A stretch of DNA of 60,000 nt from Schmidtea polychroa (Eukaryota), in contig CM097885.1 in NCBI GenBank assembly GCA_044892525.1, forward strand, positions 28,646,001 through 28,706,000. Direction: 5' to 3'. A program made the position numbers and the translations under genes. Positions 46,112 to 60,000 of this stretch are shown piece after piece. Position 1 is the first letter of the stretch, and each line of letters begins with the position of its first letter. Under the pieces are notes generated by a model. The model was not told where the DNA came from and did not search any database. It saw nothing but the letters and a program-made list of their open reading frames with translations.

Positions 46112-48740
46112 GGCTGGCAAAAGCGTCGACCGCGTAGCTATCGAAAGTAGCCCGCTAGCACTATGGAAAATTGCATATAAAAATCAGTTTTTTATTTATT
46201 GAATTTCTAACTTTATAAACATATTTAAAATAAGTTTCGATTCATATGACAAAAAAATTCCAATAAGAAACATAATATTAGTCAGATAACACTCAGAGTG
46301 TAGTAAATTTTTAGTTTGAAATTCAAATATATACAGTTAGCTAATAATCAGAATAAATTTCATGTGTTTGAACAAGTAGGCCATAAAATAAACGCAAAAC
46401 ATTGACGCTACAATCTTCGATAAGGAATAAAAAAATAAAAAACAACCAAAATAAAATACAACAAACGTGTGTTTGTCTATTTCAATTTTGAAATCAAATT
46501 GTTTTCGTTAGAAAAATTTGAAAGCTTGAAGTATTCAGTATTGAATAATACCTGCTTATAATATTAATTTCAAAATTTTTTTATTAAAAAAAATTCTTTA
46601 TAAAAGTTAAAATTTTTAATTTTTGAGTATGTAAGTGTGTTTAACATTAATTTTCATATTTAATTTATTTTAGCTTTTATTATTTTCTTGTTTTAGCCCC
46701 AATGACACAACCGGCCAAAAAAACTAAAACGTACCATTATAATACTGAATGGGAACAGGAATTTTTTTTCATAATGATGAAAGATAAGTGTGTTTGTCTC
46801 ATTTGTAATTCAAACGTAGCACTACCTAAAAGAGCTAACGTTGAACGACATTTTCGAACAGTGCACAAACAGTATGAAATTGACTTTCCATTACATTCCG
46901 AGGTACGAAAAGACAAAGTCAAGCAGTTAAAGTCTCAATTAGGTGCACAACAAACTATTTTTACGAAATTTAACTCAAAATCAAAAACAGCTACCCTAGC
47001 ATCATTCAAGGTAGTTAATATTTTGATGAAACATAAAAAACCTTTTGGAGATGGCGAAATATGGAAACAGGCGTTTGTTGAAGCTGGTGAGGTGTTATTC
47101 AAAGATTTTAAAAATAAATCCGAAATAATGGATTGTATCAACAATATGTCATTGACGCGCAATACTAGCACGCAAAGAATGGTGGACATTAGCAAAAACT
47201 TGGAAGATATTTTGCGGCAAGATATTCGAAAATGCCGCTTTTTCTCTTTGCAATTTGATGAATCTACAGATTTCACTGATACTGCGCAACTATGCATCTT
47301 CATTCGAATGGTTTTTGATGATATGTCAACCAAAGAATTATTGACTATTCTTCCAATGAAAGGACAAACAAGGGGTCAAGATATTTACAATTTATTCAAG
47401 TCTTTTATAAGTCGCACCCATTTCCCGATTCAAAGTTGGTATCAATTACCACGGATGGAGCTCCGTCTATGATCGGAAAACATGTCGGATTTGTAACACT
47501 TTGCAAAAATGATGAAGAAATTCCCAGTTTTCATTCGTATCATTGCATTATCCACCAGCAAACCTTATGCTCCAAAGTGTTGAACTCTAACTATGTAATG
47601 AATATTGCGTTTAAAATAGTAAATTCGATACGTGCAAGAAGTCTACAACGACGTCAATTTCGAACTTTGCTTGAACAATGTGAAATTGAAAATACTGAAT
47701 TATTATTACACACGGATGTAAGATGGCTTAGCCGTGCAGCATTTTTAAAACGATTTAGAGATCTTTTGCCCGGAATAAAACAGTTTTTGACTGGAAGAGA
47801 AGAATTATATCCCGAACTGGAGGATAAAAGTTGGCTGATAAATCTTGCTTTTCTTTGCGACATTACAGAGCACCTGAATAAATTAAATTTACAGCTTCAG
47901 GGGAGTCACAAATCAATTCTTGACATGATAACGGCAGTAAAGACGTTTAAAGAGAAACTGTCCTTGTTTGTGCGTCAACTAGAACGGGGTGATTTGAAAC
48001 ATTTTAAAAACATGGAAGAAGAATCCAAAAATGCGCCAGGAATTCTTAATGATAAATATACAAATCAAATTACTACCCTTTTAAATGAATTTAACACACG
48101 TTTCGCAGATTTATCTAAAATTGCAAATATTGCTATGTTCATGTCATTCCCGTTTATTGATGTTATTGATACAGAGGAGATCGCTACTCAGATTAATGAA
48201 TTTCTGGATTCAGATTCAGCTTGCTTAGAAGATGAGATAATAGCGTTGAAAAGCGACATTTACTTAAAATCAAGAGCTACAACCGAAGATAAATTTTGGA
48301 ATCTTATTTCAGAAGAAAAATATCCAATTTTGCGGAGAGTAGTTGGATATATGTCCGCATTTTTTGGATCCACCTATCTTTGTGAATCAGCCTTTTCTTC
48401 AATGAATGTCATTAAAACAAAACATCGATCTTGTTTGACAGATGATCATTTGGAATCATGCTTGCGGATCGCCATAAGCTCCTATTGCCCGAAATACGAA
48501 GAACTTGCTGATAAGATGCAGTGCCACGTATCAGGTGCAAGTAGTAGCAGTAAATAATATTATATTAAGATATGTTTACGTTCTAGTAAAGTATTATAAG
48601 TTTTTTTCTAATTCGTTTTGTATTTAAATAGAATAAATAGAATAACTACAGGTAACAATTGAAAATAGTTTATCTGGTAGACCGCCAGATTTAATTTAGT
48701 TAAAAGTCGCCCGCAAGACTTGAAAGTTTTGCCACCCCTG
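46109..48740 (+). mobile_element. Near-complete hAT (SPIN/Buster-type) transposon in a PK intron
   Basis: TIR CAGGGCTGGCAAAA / rc CAGGGGTGGCAAAA; 8 bp TSD ATATATAT at the end of a (TA)n tract. Confidence 0.93.
46702..48557 (+). pseudogene. GTF2IRD2/SPIN-like hAT transposase, one frameshift near 47434
   Basis: CLIC..RHFRTVH, DESTD, TTDGAPSM, HCIIH, VRWLSR, GSTYLCESAFS. Confidence 0.92.
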
Positions 48741-48928
48741 ATATATATGATATAATTTAATAGCGATTTGCTCAAACGTATATAACCATCATATAATTGT
48801 TGAAAAATTTTTAAAATTCATAATTTCATAAGAAATACTTAGTAACTCAATTTTTTAAGTTTCTTATTTTAAAATTTGTTTATGTATTAAAAAGTTTTCG
48901 ATTTAACTAGGAAAATATGATATTTCAG

Positions 48929-49071
48929 GAAAAGATTATTTGGATTGTGAAGTAGAAAATGGAGGCAAATTAGGATCTAAAAAAGGCGTGAATTTGCCTG
49001 GAGCAAAAGTCGATTTACCTGCTGTTTCAGATAAAGACATATCGGATTTACATTTTGGAGTTGAGCAAGGG
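48929..49071 (+). CDS. pyk: Pyruvate kinase exon 4
   Basis: [26 protein letters not shown]. Confidence 0.96.
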
Positions 49072-49114
49072 GTATAATAATTATAGATATAGGCTTTTTA
49101 GATTTTTGAAACAG

Positions 49115-49242
49115 GTCGATATGGTATTTGCATCATTTATTCGATGTGGAGCAGCCGTTGATGAAATCCGTACCATTCTTGGTGAGAAAGGAAAACATAT
49201 TTTGATTATATCTAAAATCGAAAATCACGAAGGCGTGAAAAG
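49115..49242 (+). CDS. pyk: Pyruvate kinase exon 5
   Basis: [21 protein letters not shown]; follows a 43 nt intron. Confidence 0.96.
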
Positions 49243-49263
49243 GTAGGTTTAGAAACTTATTAA

Positions 49264-49578
<315 letters not shown>

Positions 49579-49676
49579 TAATCACCATTAAAATTTATTT
49601 TGTAAGATCGACTTATAAAACTCTAAAATATTTGAAACAAGTTCTCACTGTTCTAATTAGTAGTGAACCTTGTGAG

Positions 49677-51685
49677 TAGGGATTCCATTACCGGTAATAC
49701 CGAAATTTATTAATTTCGTTAAAAATGATATATTTTAATTATATTTTAAGTCTTATTTCTTTGCTGACTGGCTTTTCATGGTTTACGTCTACATCAACAC
49801 AAAACAGATGGGTGTACATTTCTAAGAAGCTTTTATATTTTATGACCCCAATATATCTAAACTATTCGTTCTGGTCAAATCACATCGTTTTTGCGGAAAA
49901 AAATCGACGACTCTTTGTCAGCTGTAATATCACGTATGATCGCTGTAGATGGTTTTCCGTTTATTTCAATATGTAAATCATATGATATACGAAAGCTGCT
50001 TGAAGGAAAATACGAAAATATTCCAAAATCTCCAAGTGCCATACAAAATATTGTTATCAATTATGGAAAAAATGCCAAGAATGCGCAAGTTAATCAAATT
50101 CAGTTTAACTCTTGATGAGTGGACATCGATTAGAAATCGTAGATATTTAAATATCAATGTGCACGATGGCACAACTTTTTGGAACCTCGGCCTCAGCAGA
50201 ATTCACGGGAAAATGCCAGCAGAAAAATGTGAAGAAATTTTGAGAAATAAATTGGAAAATTTTAACATATCTTTAAAAGATATCGTCGGGTGCACAACAG
50301 ATGGTGCATCAGTAATGCGCAAATTTGGATCTAATTTAAATATTATTCACCAATTATGTATGGCTCACGGTATACAATTAGCAGTTGTACAAATTTCATA
50401 TAAAAAAGGTAAACCAACAGAAATCGACGAAATTGAAAATCAAGAGCAGGAAAATATTGAAATTGAAGACGGTGAAGATATTGAAGATGACTCGGGTATT
50501 AAAATCATGTTGGACGATTCTCTAATTAATGATATTAAAGATCCTAGCGCCAATTGTCTAATTAATAAAATTAGAACGATTATAAAAATATTTAAAAAAT
50601 CTCCTACAAAAAATGAAGTTTTGCAAAAACATGTGATCGAACAGTTTGGAAAAGAAAAGTCATTATTATATGACTCTAAAACAAGATGGAATAGCTTGTT
50701 AACAACACTGGAAAGATTTTATGAGCTCAAAGATTGTATTCGTAAAAGCATTATCGATTTGAACTTAGATTTTGCATTTAATCAGGCTGAATTAAAATTA
50801 TTGCACGATATTATATCCGCTTTGCAGCCAGTAAAAGTTGCTGTGGAAGCTCTTTGCGGATCAGATATTAATTTACTTTCTGCAGATGTTGTATTAATAT
50901 TTATGTTAGATGAATTAACTGCATTGAACAGCGCATTAAGCATCAAATTAACAATTGAACTTGCTTACAGAATACAAGAAAGAAGAACAATTTATTCGAA
51001 AGTTTTACAATTTCTACACAACCCAGAACAACAAAATCACAATGATCACAGCATATTTAAATTACCTTCGAAAACAACGATAACCAAATTAATAATAGAA
51101 TTGATAGAGAAATTAAATTTATATGAAGAGGAAAATTAAAATGAAGATGATGAAAATCCTGAAGAAGTTATTTTAAATGAAGATATGCCGAGTGACAACA
51201 ATTTTTGCTCATTAAAAGAAAAATGATATAAAAAATGCATCAAAATCTTCATTATAATGTGCGAAATGAAAGAGTAAATAAAAGCTCGAATTTACAAACT
51301 ACGATTCGCAAAGAAATGAAAACTTTTGCGAGGAAAACATTCGTGGTAAACATTTAGAAATGGTTTACCAATATTTAAAACCATTCGTCCTACTAGTGTA
51401 GAGTCCGAGAGAGCCTTTTCAGCCGCAAGATTAATTTGCACGAGAATAAGGTCTAGGTTAGCGGACGAAAGTTTAGATACATTGTGTTTTTTTAAATCCT
51501 ATTTTAATACAAAAAAAATATTGTAAATAAATTCATTCTATTTTTTTTCTGTTTCTTTTTATAAAATATTTTGATTAATAATAGAAGTTGAATAAAAGAA
51601 GACGGTATTACCGGTAATACTGTCGATAGAAATATTTTTTTCGGTAATACCGGTATTGCAAAAGTCGGTATTTTTGGAATCTATA
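49677..51685 (+). mobile_element. Ac/ZBED-type hAT transposon, internally deleted and frameshifted
   Basis: Perfect 8 bp TSD CTTGTGAG; TIR TAGGGATTCCA; LDEWTS, TTDGAS, CMAH, TRWNS, SERAFS. Confidence 0.92.
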
Positions 51686-51720
51686 CTTGTGAGAATATAA
51701 TTAAATAGTAGAAAATCGTC

Positions 51721-52095
51721 ATGTTTATGTTTATGATTGTTTCAACGTCTTGCAAGGTAGGTTGCATGTTCACTAATAATTATCCAACTCCAGTTGGTCG
51801 GCGTTCAGAACTCGTGTATCAATTTTCATGTAATGGAGATAATGCCACATACATTACAGAGACTGCTCGTCATCTCTGCACTCGAGTTCTTAAACATTGC
51901 CGGCGGAATGGATTGACCCACATTAGTGATCGTTTAAGGAAATTTACCAGTAAAAAATAAGTATTTTTGATTTTAAGATCTTATCGAAGAGTTTGAGTAA
52001 TTACTGGGAAAGAGTAACGTTGCTAATTAAATCTTTAAAACCTATAATTAATATTCAAAATGTCCAGTCTACAGGGATTTTGAATTTATTTAAAT
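51721..52095 (+). mobile_element. Second Penelope GIY-YIG remnant
   Basis: ELVYQFSCNGDNATYITETARHL, homologous to 30447-30959. Confidence 0.8.
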
Positions 52096-52316
52096 AATTT
52101 AACTTGTATATTTATTATTCGGCATTATGTTTTTGTTTGTTAAATTTTTTTTCCTATAAATTTGTAGGAAAATGTTAACAATTTTATGCGTTTTTTATAA
52201 AAAGAAAATTTTATCAAAATATATTTTAATTTGATACAATTTGATTGCTATTATTTTTTGTTAATTTGTTTGAATATATTCTTATTTTCATTTATTTTTT
52301 ATTTATACGATTCTTA

Positions 52317-52353
52317 GTCTGAAGAAGACTGGTAATCGGTCGAAATATATAGC
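52317..52353 (+). ncRNA. Minimal type I hammerhead ribozyme (Penelope-associated, weak stem I)
   Basis: GU-CUGAAGA-A-GACUG(GUAAU)CGGUC-GAAA-UAUA-UA-GC. Confidence 0.7.
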
Positions 52354-53994
52354 AATGTTATATTTTAATATATTTAGTTGGCGATTTTCTGTTATTAAAA
52401 CTTTTCCTTCATTGATTATTAATAATGAAATAGAATAATTTATTTAATTAAAATTATCAATTTAATAAATGATTGCTTGAATGCACGTGGTAAGACTAAA
52501 AAAGTCCTAGTGCTCGCATAGAATTAATAAAGTTAATGGAACCAAATTATTTATTATGAACATAGATATTTCTTAACGTAACTTCAATTAATACCATTCT
52601 GCAATCGATTTCGTGGCATTTTGAAGAAATTTGGTTCTTTCATGACGATAAATCGTGCTTTGATTCAAATATTTGATCTCTCAGAGTGAACAACCAAAAA
52701 TAACTAGGTGCAAGATCTCGGATGGATGATTCAATTGCACAAGCCCACATTATCCTACTGCTACTTGTGCTTGATAAGATGTAAAGATTGGATCACTGTC
52801 ATAGAGTGAATTAAAGTTTGTGTTATATGACTCAAGTAGATGGAAAGTAGGAGCTTGGCCCATAGGAAATTTGACTTTAATAAAAATATTTTATGACTCA
52901 GAAAAATTTTTAAAATAAAATTATAAATTCACTCACACCCTAAAAAAACTGTATGGTAGGGGTCTTAAAAAATTTTTATTTCGCCTGTGGGTAAAAAAAC
53001 GAGTTTTGACATTTTGATTGTAATTAATGCCATTCATATTTATGGCAAACAGTTTGGTGCGTAATAAAATAATTTTTTATGTTATATTAGGATTAAAATT
53101 CATCCGTATAAATCGCCGTGCTTGTAACTACATAATTCGTAATAATCGGAATTATTTATAGTTTAATCGGAATTAATCGGAATTACTTGCTAGATTCATA
53201 GACTAAAAAATTATATTTAAAAATATTATAATTTTTTTTCGACCACTCGAGAAATGATATATTGAACTCTTGCAAAATACTATTGATTTATTTTTATTTA
53301 ATTTGCATATAAATAGGCAAAAAGTGTACATTTGTTTGTCATCAATGTCATTATTTTTATCAATCTATATATTATTACAATTATAATATAAATAGGAAAA
53401 TAATTTTACATCTGTGAATATTCACAAATTGCAAAATAGTAAATATTGTTTGGGTAGAAGATAAAATACTTTATCCAAAATTTCGGTCCCGTGAACTTTT
53501 CAGTTGAATCTCGTATATACGTTACTACTAAAATATCATTGGAAAATGTGCAATATCGCAGGGTTATTATGACTAGAATAAAATACTGGTTCTATGAAAT
53601 TAAATTGACAGGACTGAATGTTGAAATATTATCAAACATGTTTATTTAAGTTTGTACTAAATATAATTATCTGCATTTATTATAATTATCATTATGCAGT
53701 TTATTCATCTCGGTGAAATTGTCTGTCATTTCGAAATAATTATTTCGTAAATGGAATTTTAATTATTGTAGATCTTTTTGCAAATATTTTATTAATAATC
53801 TTTTAATAATGTAGAATTTACATTTTGAAATTTAGTTTATGAGTGTGATATTTAATATAATACTTTTATTGGGTTCTAATGATTAAAATACAGTTAACTG
53901 CATTTTTGAGATAAGATTTGATTAATTCAAAGTCAACTGTTCTCGATTTCATCATATAATAAAACATTGATAAATTCAAATGCCAAAATTTTAG

Positions 53995-54214
53995 GCGAAA
54001 CTGCAAAAGGTGCATATCCATTAGAAGCAGTGCAAATAATGCATCATATTTGTCGTGAAGCGGAATCAGCTGTTTTTCAAGGAAAATTTTTTGAAGATCT
54101 CAAAGGTGAAATCGTCGGTTCCACCGATCAGACACATAGCACAGCTATTGCTGCAGTAGAAGCTGCTCAGAGATGTCGAGCGTCTGCCATCGTTGTTGTT
54201 ACTACAACTGGAAG
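53995..54214 (+). CDS. pyk: Pyruvate kinase exon 7; remaining exons not found in the window
   Basis: [32 protein letters not shown]; donor gttaga. Confidence 0.95.
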
Positions 54215-54417
54215 GTTAGAGTTTTATTTATAAAACCGCATAGATAAATTATATGAATATAAAAGCATGTATTTTATTAAAGACTATATCTTTTTAGGTG
54301 CATTCCCTAGGAATTATTATATCTGAAGCTTTTATAAATTTATTATAAATATTATATTATAATTATCAAGATATGATAAATAATTTATCTGGATGTATTT
54401 TCCCGTTGCATAGTACA

Positions 54418-55224
54418 CAGTGCTGGACTGGCCTACCGGGATACTGGGAATATCACGGTGGGCCTACCGGCCCAATTTCCCAATGGGCCTATATAGTGAA
54501 CAAACATAGTGAAGTTTTTTATATTTTTTAATGAAATTAAATTAAATTTTTACAATTGTTACTTCTTTCTATTTCTGTTTAACTCAATGGTTGATCAACG
54601 AAACAAAAAAATAAACATGCAAATGATGTGAGTAGAATCGTAAATGAGATGTTCTGTCGTTCGTCGCAGCACCACACATTACACGAGTCTCGCTCAAAAA
54701 ATTCTCCATTTTAAATCGACTCAGAAATTGTTTAAGTCAAAAACATTTGGAAGCATTTATGCTCATGGGGTGTAAAAAAGATATTATAAATAACATTGAC
54801 AATAATAGAGTAATTGATATAATGAAAGAAAAAAGTGAAATATTAATAAAACTTGTTTTATTAATAATATTTATTTAATTATTTTATTACTTAATTTTGA
54901 TTTTTGTTGCAATTATTAAAAAAACTCTTTTATCTTGTTAACCCCTTGCGGTCCGTAAAAACAATTATCCACCAGCTTTACAATTGTTTTAATGATTTTT
55001 TGATGATTTTTTTCAAAACTCAACATAAATTATCTACATTCTACACATATTTGTTCTTAACACGAAATGCAAAAAAAAATACATACAACGAAATCTGAAA
55101 CTTCAAATGAGCAATTATTGAAATGTCAGTTAGGGTCAATAAATATGTCTATAAAAATTTTTAATATTGTGGTTCTACGTCACCGATATTTCCTGGGCCT
55201 AAATGTGTTTCCAGTCCAGTCCTG
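54418..55224. mobile_element. Non-autonomous hAT element
   Basis: Perfect 8 bp TSD ATAGTACA; TIR CAGTGCTGGACTGG / rc CAGGACTGGACTGG. Confidence 0.85.
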
Positions 55225-55504
55225 ATAGTACAATAATTATATATATAAACCAATGTGTTATATTACGTAATTACCCGAAATTTTGAAAATTTTTCAATAA
55301 TTTTTAACTTTAATTGACAGTTTTATTTTAATGTTATCTGAAAATCAATTTTTTAATCGAATGATGCATAATTTGTTCAATTTAACTAAACCTTTTAAAA
55401 CTTGAACTATGTTAAACGTGTCTTGGTATCAGAATACTATAATTTGAAAAAACATGTTTTCAAGTAGACTTAAAGTTAAATTACACGGAATAATTAAAGA
55501 GATA

Positions 55505-55720
55505 CAGTAACTACTCTCTTATCCGCAAAAAACGGGACTATAAAAAAGGTGGCAGTTTCTAGAAAATGACGGCTTTTAGGGTAAAAAATAATAAAATTTA
55601 TGAAAAAAATTAGTAAAAAATTCATTTGTTATATTTATTAAATCAAATTACACTTATTTATATTCAATTTTGCAAAAATAAATTGACGGATTCCAGAAAT
55701 GGCGGATAAGAGAGTAGTTA
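55505..55720. mobile_element. Tc1/mariner-type MITE
   Basis: TA-CAG start; 19 bp perfect inverted repeat TAACTACTCTCTTATCCGC. Confidence 0.7.
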
Positions 55721-55757
55721 AGAAGTATGAATATAAATAAGAAGTTTAAAAAGTACT

Positions 55758-56293
55758 CAGGGACGTAGTCAGGATTTCAGTTTGGGGGGACAAAATTATT
55801 AATTATTGCAATTCATCGAGCAATGTTAAAAGTTGACACGGAAAATAGAAAAAAATATTTTAAGATAATTAACAAATTTATTATTAATTATTAACAATGT
55901 ATATTACATAGAACATATTACAATATAATATTAATTCGTCTTTGTTCCTTCATTAATTCAAAAAGTATTTCATCGGGACTTGTTTTAATGTCTAGATGAA
56001 TATATAACAAAGCCAAACCGTTTAACCTTTTTTCATGCATGTTATTTCTTAAATATGACTTCAGGTATTTAAGTGATGAGAAAGAACGCTCCGTTGTAGA
56101 AGTTGATACCAGCAAAGTCGCAAATATTATGAGAAGAATATAAATATATAAAATTGGATCACATATTGATAATGTAGCTACAGCAGTAGTCGGTTTGATT
56201 TTAATTTCTTCAAATTTTTTGTACCCTAATTTATATTTGATAATCTATAATTTATTTTGGGGGAGTGGCAAATTCCCCCTAGTTACGTCCCTG
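55758..56293 (-). mobile_element. hAT deletion derivative retaining the dimerization domain
   Basis: TIR CAGGGACGTA; TSD AAAGTACT/GAAGTACT; TERSFSSLKYLKSYLR..RLNGLALL. Confidence 0.85.
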
Positions 56294-58599
56294 GAAGTAC
56301 TTTAATGCATATAGTCTTGTAACATGTTCTTAAATGTTTTTTAAAAACGTAATTCTAGCTTTTTGCTATTGAATGCTAAAAGCGTCATGTTTTGTGAAAA
56401 TATGTAGTACCAAAGGTAAAGCTTGAAAATATCATGAATTCATCATTAATATATAAAGAAGTCTCTATTTAATCAGAATAAAACTAAATAAATTACTATA
56501 TCGATTTCCTTTATTATAAAATTCTTTTTAGACTATCGATCAATATTTTTATATTTATCACTAAATTTTTACATCGTCCTTTTCAAAACTATTAAAAATT
56601 AGTTCCAGAAATTCTAATTAAATATAAAAAACTTATTGATAGTCTAAAAATGATATGAAGTTCCATAAAATTGAATGAAAGTCGATGGTGAATAATTAAA
56701 AAGATATTACCCTATAGTACTATATCAATATTTTTTATGTCGATGGCATTAAAGCTGTATTAATTACAAAAATGTAGTGTAAAAATGTATGTATAATAAA
56801 TACAATGGAAAAGAAATCAGTGGTGAAATTTGAAAAAAAAGTTATTATAATAAATAAAATATCGATAATATCACTAATTATTAACTTAATTTCTCACACT
56901 CTAATTTCCCATAATAAGTAATGTTGGGAAAGGATTGATCTTCCTTATTTTTATTTACAAAAATATGTGTTATATATAAATATGCATTTTAATATAAAGA
57001 TCCTTCTAGAATCTAGATCATAACGGCAAATGACACAAGTAAGTTATTTAATATGAAACTTTAGTTAATTTGATTTTGGATTTTACACCGCTTTAGAATG
57101 TATCTTAAATAAGCATCTGTTAAAATACAAAATAATGTTTGTGTATATTTTATAATATATGGAATATTATTAAATATTGAATATTATCCATGTTATTTTT
57201 TAAAATAAATTTTCTTTTCAATTACTTAATTATATTCCAAATCGCTTTGCCACTGGATTAGTTAAAACGATCATATATAAATAAGCTCAAAATAAATTGG
57301 AAAGTGCAAATCAAAATATGCGAAAGCCTATAAAAGTTCCAAATTAATTAAGAATTTGAAACAAAAAATCAAAATGACTTCTTACGGTGGAAAGTGGTAT
57401 GTAAGGATAACGAACGTTGAGACAAATACAGATATACTAATATGAAACCGATGAGGGGTCACCAGAAAAGATATTCAAGAAATGAATATTAATTAAAAAT
57501 AAATGGATAGGTTATTAGGTATGTAGGAGGCCCGGCACACGTGGGAAAGTTTTAAAGTCAACGGAACCTAACCTTTCAACACTTAAACTGCACCAGATTA
57601 AAGTTGTGGCTAGCAAGATTGACGTTGTTTTGTATGTGTTAGCCGCAACGAAGTTGTCTTTCGGCTCATTTTGTAAATCAAAAGTCATAAGTCATTTTGT
57701 TATAATTTTTATTAAACTAAAATCTGAATTTCAGATATTTAAACAAATTTTTTAATCCATTTATCCGAATAAACATTGTTATAAATTTCATTTCCTTTTT
57801 TTCAAAATTAAACTTTCTTATATCACATTAAAATTTTATAAAAACAAATAATTTTATAAATTCTTACAAATTTGTGAATTGCCATTTTGATCAATGGACC
57901 GTATATCACAGTATGAAAATGAATAATTAGCCAAAATGAACAAAATATAGTTTATATTTAAAAAAGTTAAAATTCAAAAATATTTTTTATAATTAATTGT
58001 TTTTCTTTCACTTGTTTGGGAACAGCATGTGCGCCTATATATAAACTCGCCAATGTTCCACTCATATTTAATGTACCATTAATAATGAATACATAAAAAT
58101 ATGTTGATTAATTATATCATTATATTATTTATTCTCTAATTAAGTTGTTTTAGTTAATTATTTGTATGTGATATTAGCAATTCATTAGATATACAAAATA
58201 GTGAAATAGCTTGAAAGACGATACAAGTAATCATTATTGACAGATACTTTTCGTTAAATGTTTCGTTAACATTGTTCAAACATTTTTTACACTAATTTTC
58301 ATTGTTTAGTTAAATATTTTGATTTCTCTTAAATTTCAATTTGTTATATAAATATTTGGAGTTCACATAAAAATTTGAGCTTTCCAAATTTATTCAAATT
58401 TTCAACTTCAAAATCATTACTATCACAAAATTTATTCATTAAAATTTTACTGACACATATTGTTTATGTGTCAAAATCATACACGATTGTGAAATGATCC
58501 TACAGCTGCCGCGCACCAAATAAATTATAAATAAAAAATTCAAATACCATACAAATATATTAAGTTTATTGTACACTAATAAAATATTTGTTTTAAAAT

Positions 58600-60000
58600 T
58601 TGCAAAGTTTACTCAAGCTTACTCCGAATTTTTTTGTGCACATCTTAGTTGAATTTCAATGTTTTCATCTAAAGCAATCTCAAAATTTGCTTTTATCAAA
58701 TGTTGTTTCAAAATAATGTCAGGGGAATGTGAATTGGAAAGCGCTGACAAAGTTTTATGTTAAATAAAGCCAATTGAATATTTTTCAGTATTTTACATAA
58801 TTACATGCAGTTTATATTTCTTTATGTTTTTATTAATAAATATAATTTTCGATATTCTCTGTGGGTTGTATGTTTGCTTCTCTTGCAATATTTTTTTCAA
58901 TTCTTCAATTTTTATGGATTCATCAAGTAAACTTTGTGGTTACAATTACCATAAGAAGAAATAATAAATTGATGTGAAGTATGATCTTTTGAATTGTACC
59001 GACCTAAATATCTTTCTGAAAAAAAACTGATGACATACTAAATTTAATTTACTAAAAGAAGTTGAAATTTTATGCGGTTAAAAGCAAAAAATTTGATTAT
59101 AAAAATATATTTTATTTTTACTTTTAAATACGATCAACTTTAAAATCTATTACAGTTTCACATAGACTGTCAGTGTTTGGTTAAAATGGGTTAATTTGTA
59201 CTGATGACAAAATTGGCATCTTAACGCATTGATAGTAAGTGTTATTTTGTTTAATAAAAAAAATAATTTTGGCTTCATAAAATTTATAATAACAAATATT
59301 TTGAAATCTTAACTACAAGTCACTACCGTCCCCCAGTGCGCAATCTATTGAAATTGTAAATAATAAATTTTCTATTTAAATTCTTAATTTGAATGCGCAT
59401 TAAAATACAGTTCATTAATATCAGCATATTAATCCATAACATTTTAAGATTTCCAAATTTTATAAAGATTATTGTTAAAAAACATAATTAAACAAATTAA
59501 AAAGTTAAATTAACAAAAAAAATTTAGTGAGTAAATATTTGGATTGATATTCTTTTGATGTATCCAAAATTATCCTTAAATTTCACCATTGTTATAGTTT
59601 TAGTTGAAGAATCACACTGATTGACTAAAATACTTTCTTCTTCGAGTAAATAATCATTTAAAACAATTAGATTAATCTTTATGTCGAATAGACTGCAAAA
59701 TGCAAACAACATTTTACTTTCTGTTAAGATTTCCTTTTTCAAACAAGTTTCTTTGATCAAAAAGTTCAGAAAGAATTTCATTCTCTTCAATATACTTCAA
59801 ACATTTTTCCATTGTTGATGTTTTCCAAATTTTGTAAATTTGTGGTGGTTCCTCATATCATAAATTGTCAGCAAAAGGGATTTAGATTTTTCTGAAAACG
59901 CCCACTCATGCTGGTTATGATCAAAATATGTTCTTTCACTGTCAATCGTTATTTTTTCAAATCTTTCAATCCATTCTTGAGACTTGAAATGATCTTGTCA
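58600..60000 (-). pseudogene. Probable decayed hAT (ZMYM-type) transposase remnant
   Basis: Fragmentary coding-like minus strand (NLENINNG, CLKKEIL..CSLFD); limits approximate. Confidence 0.35.

Noticed and set aside
58015..58075. Next pyruvate kinase exon
   Set aside because: Translation lacks the expected YRPRCPI-like motif

Overview
AT-rich eukaryotic genomic DNA (invertebrate, flatworm-like by inference: 43-56 nt introns, long (ATT)n tracts). The left half is a nest of mobile DNA. A ~15.8 kb Polinton/Maverick (adintovirus-like) element at 7980-23736 has AGTAGT...ACTACT ends and carries pPolB, major and minor capsid, adenain protease, packaging ATPase and a PLA2X-integrase fusion. It is inserted at the (Y)LDD motif of a Gypsy LTR retrotransposon and itself carries a Tc1/IS630-type transposon in its minor capsid gene. 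Its right end has been replaced by a near-identical ~4.2 kb inverted copy of its left end plus flank. The Polinton also carries several tRNA-like Pol III units (A box, B box, oligo-T), reminiscent of adenovirus VA RNAs; this is the most striking observation. An older degraded Polinton lies at 1.4-4.5 kb. Two Penelope remnants end in minimal hammerhead ribozymes, and a hairpin-rich island sits at 28.8-29.3 kb. The right half holds seven exons of a + strand pyruvate kinase gene (3' end outside the window) whose introns contain hAT elements and MITEs. Phase-consistent exons suggest a - strand membrane-protein gene whose intron hosts the Gypsy/Polinton nest. Family assignments come from motif recognition by eye, not from database searches.
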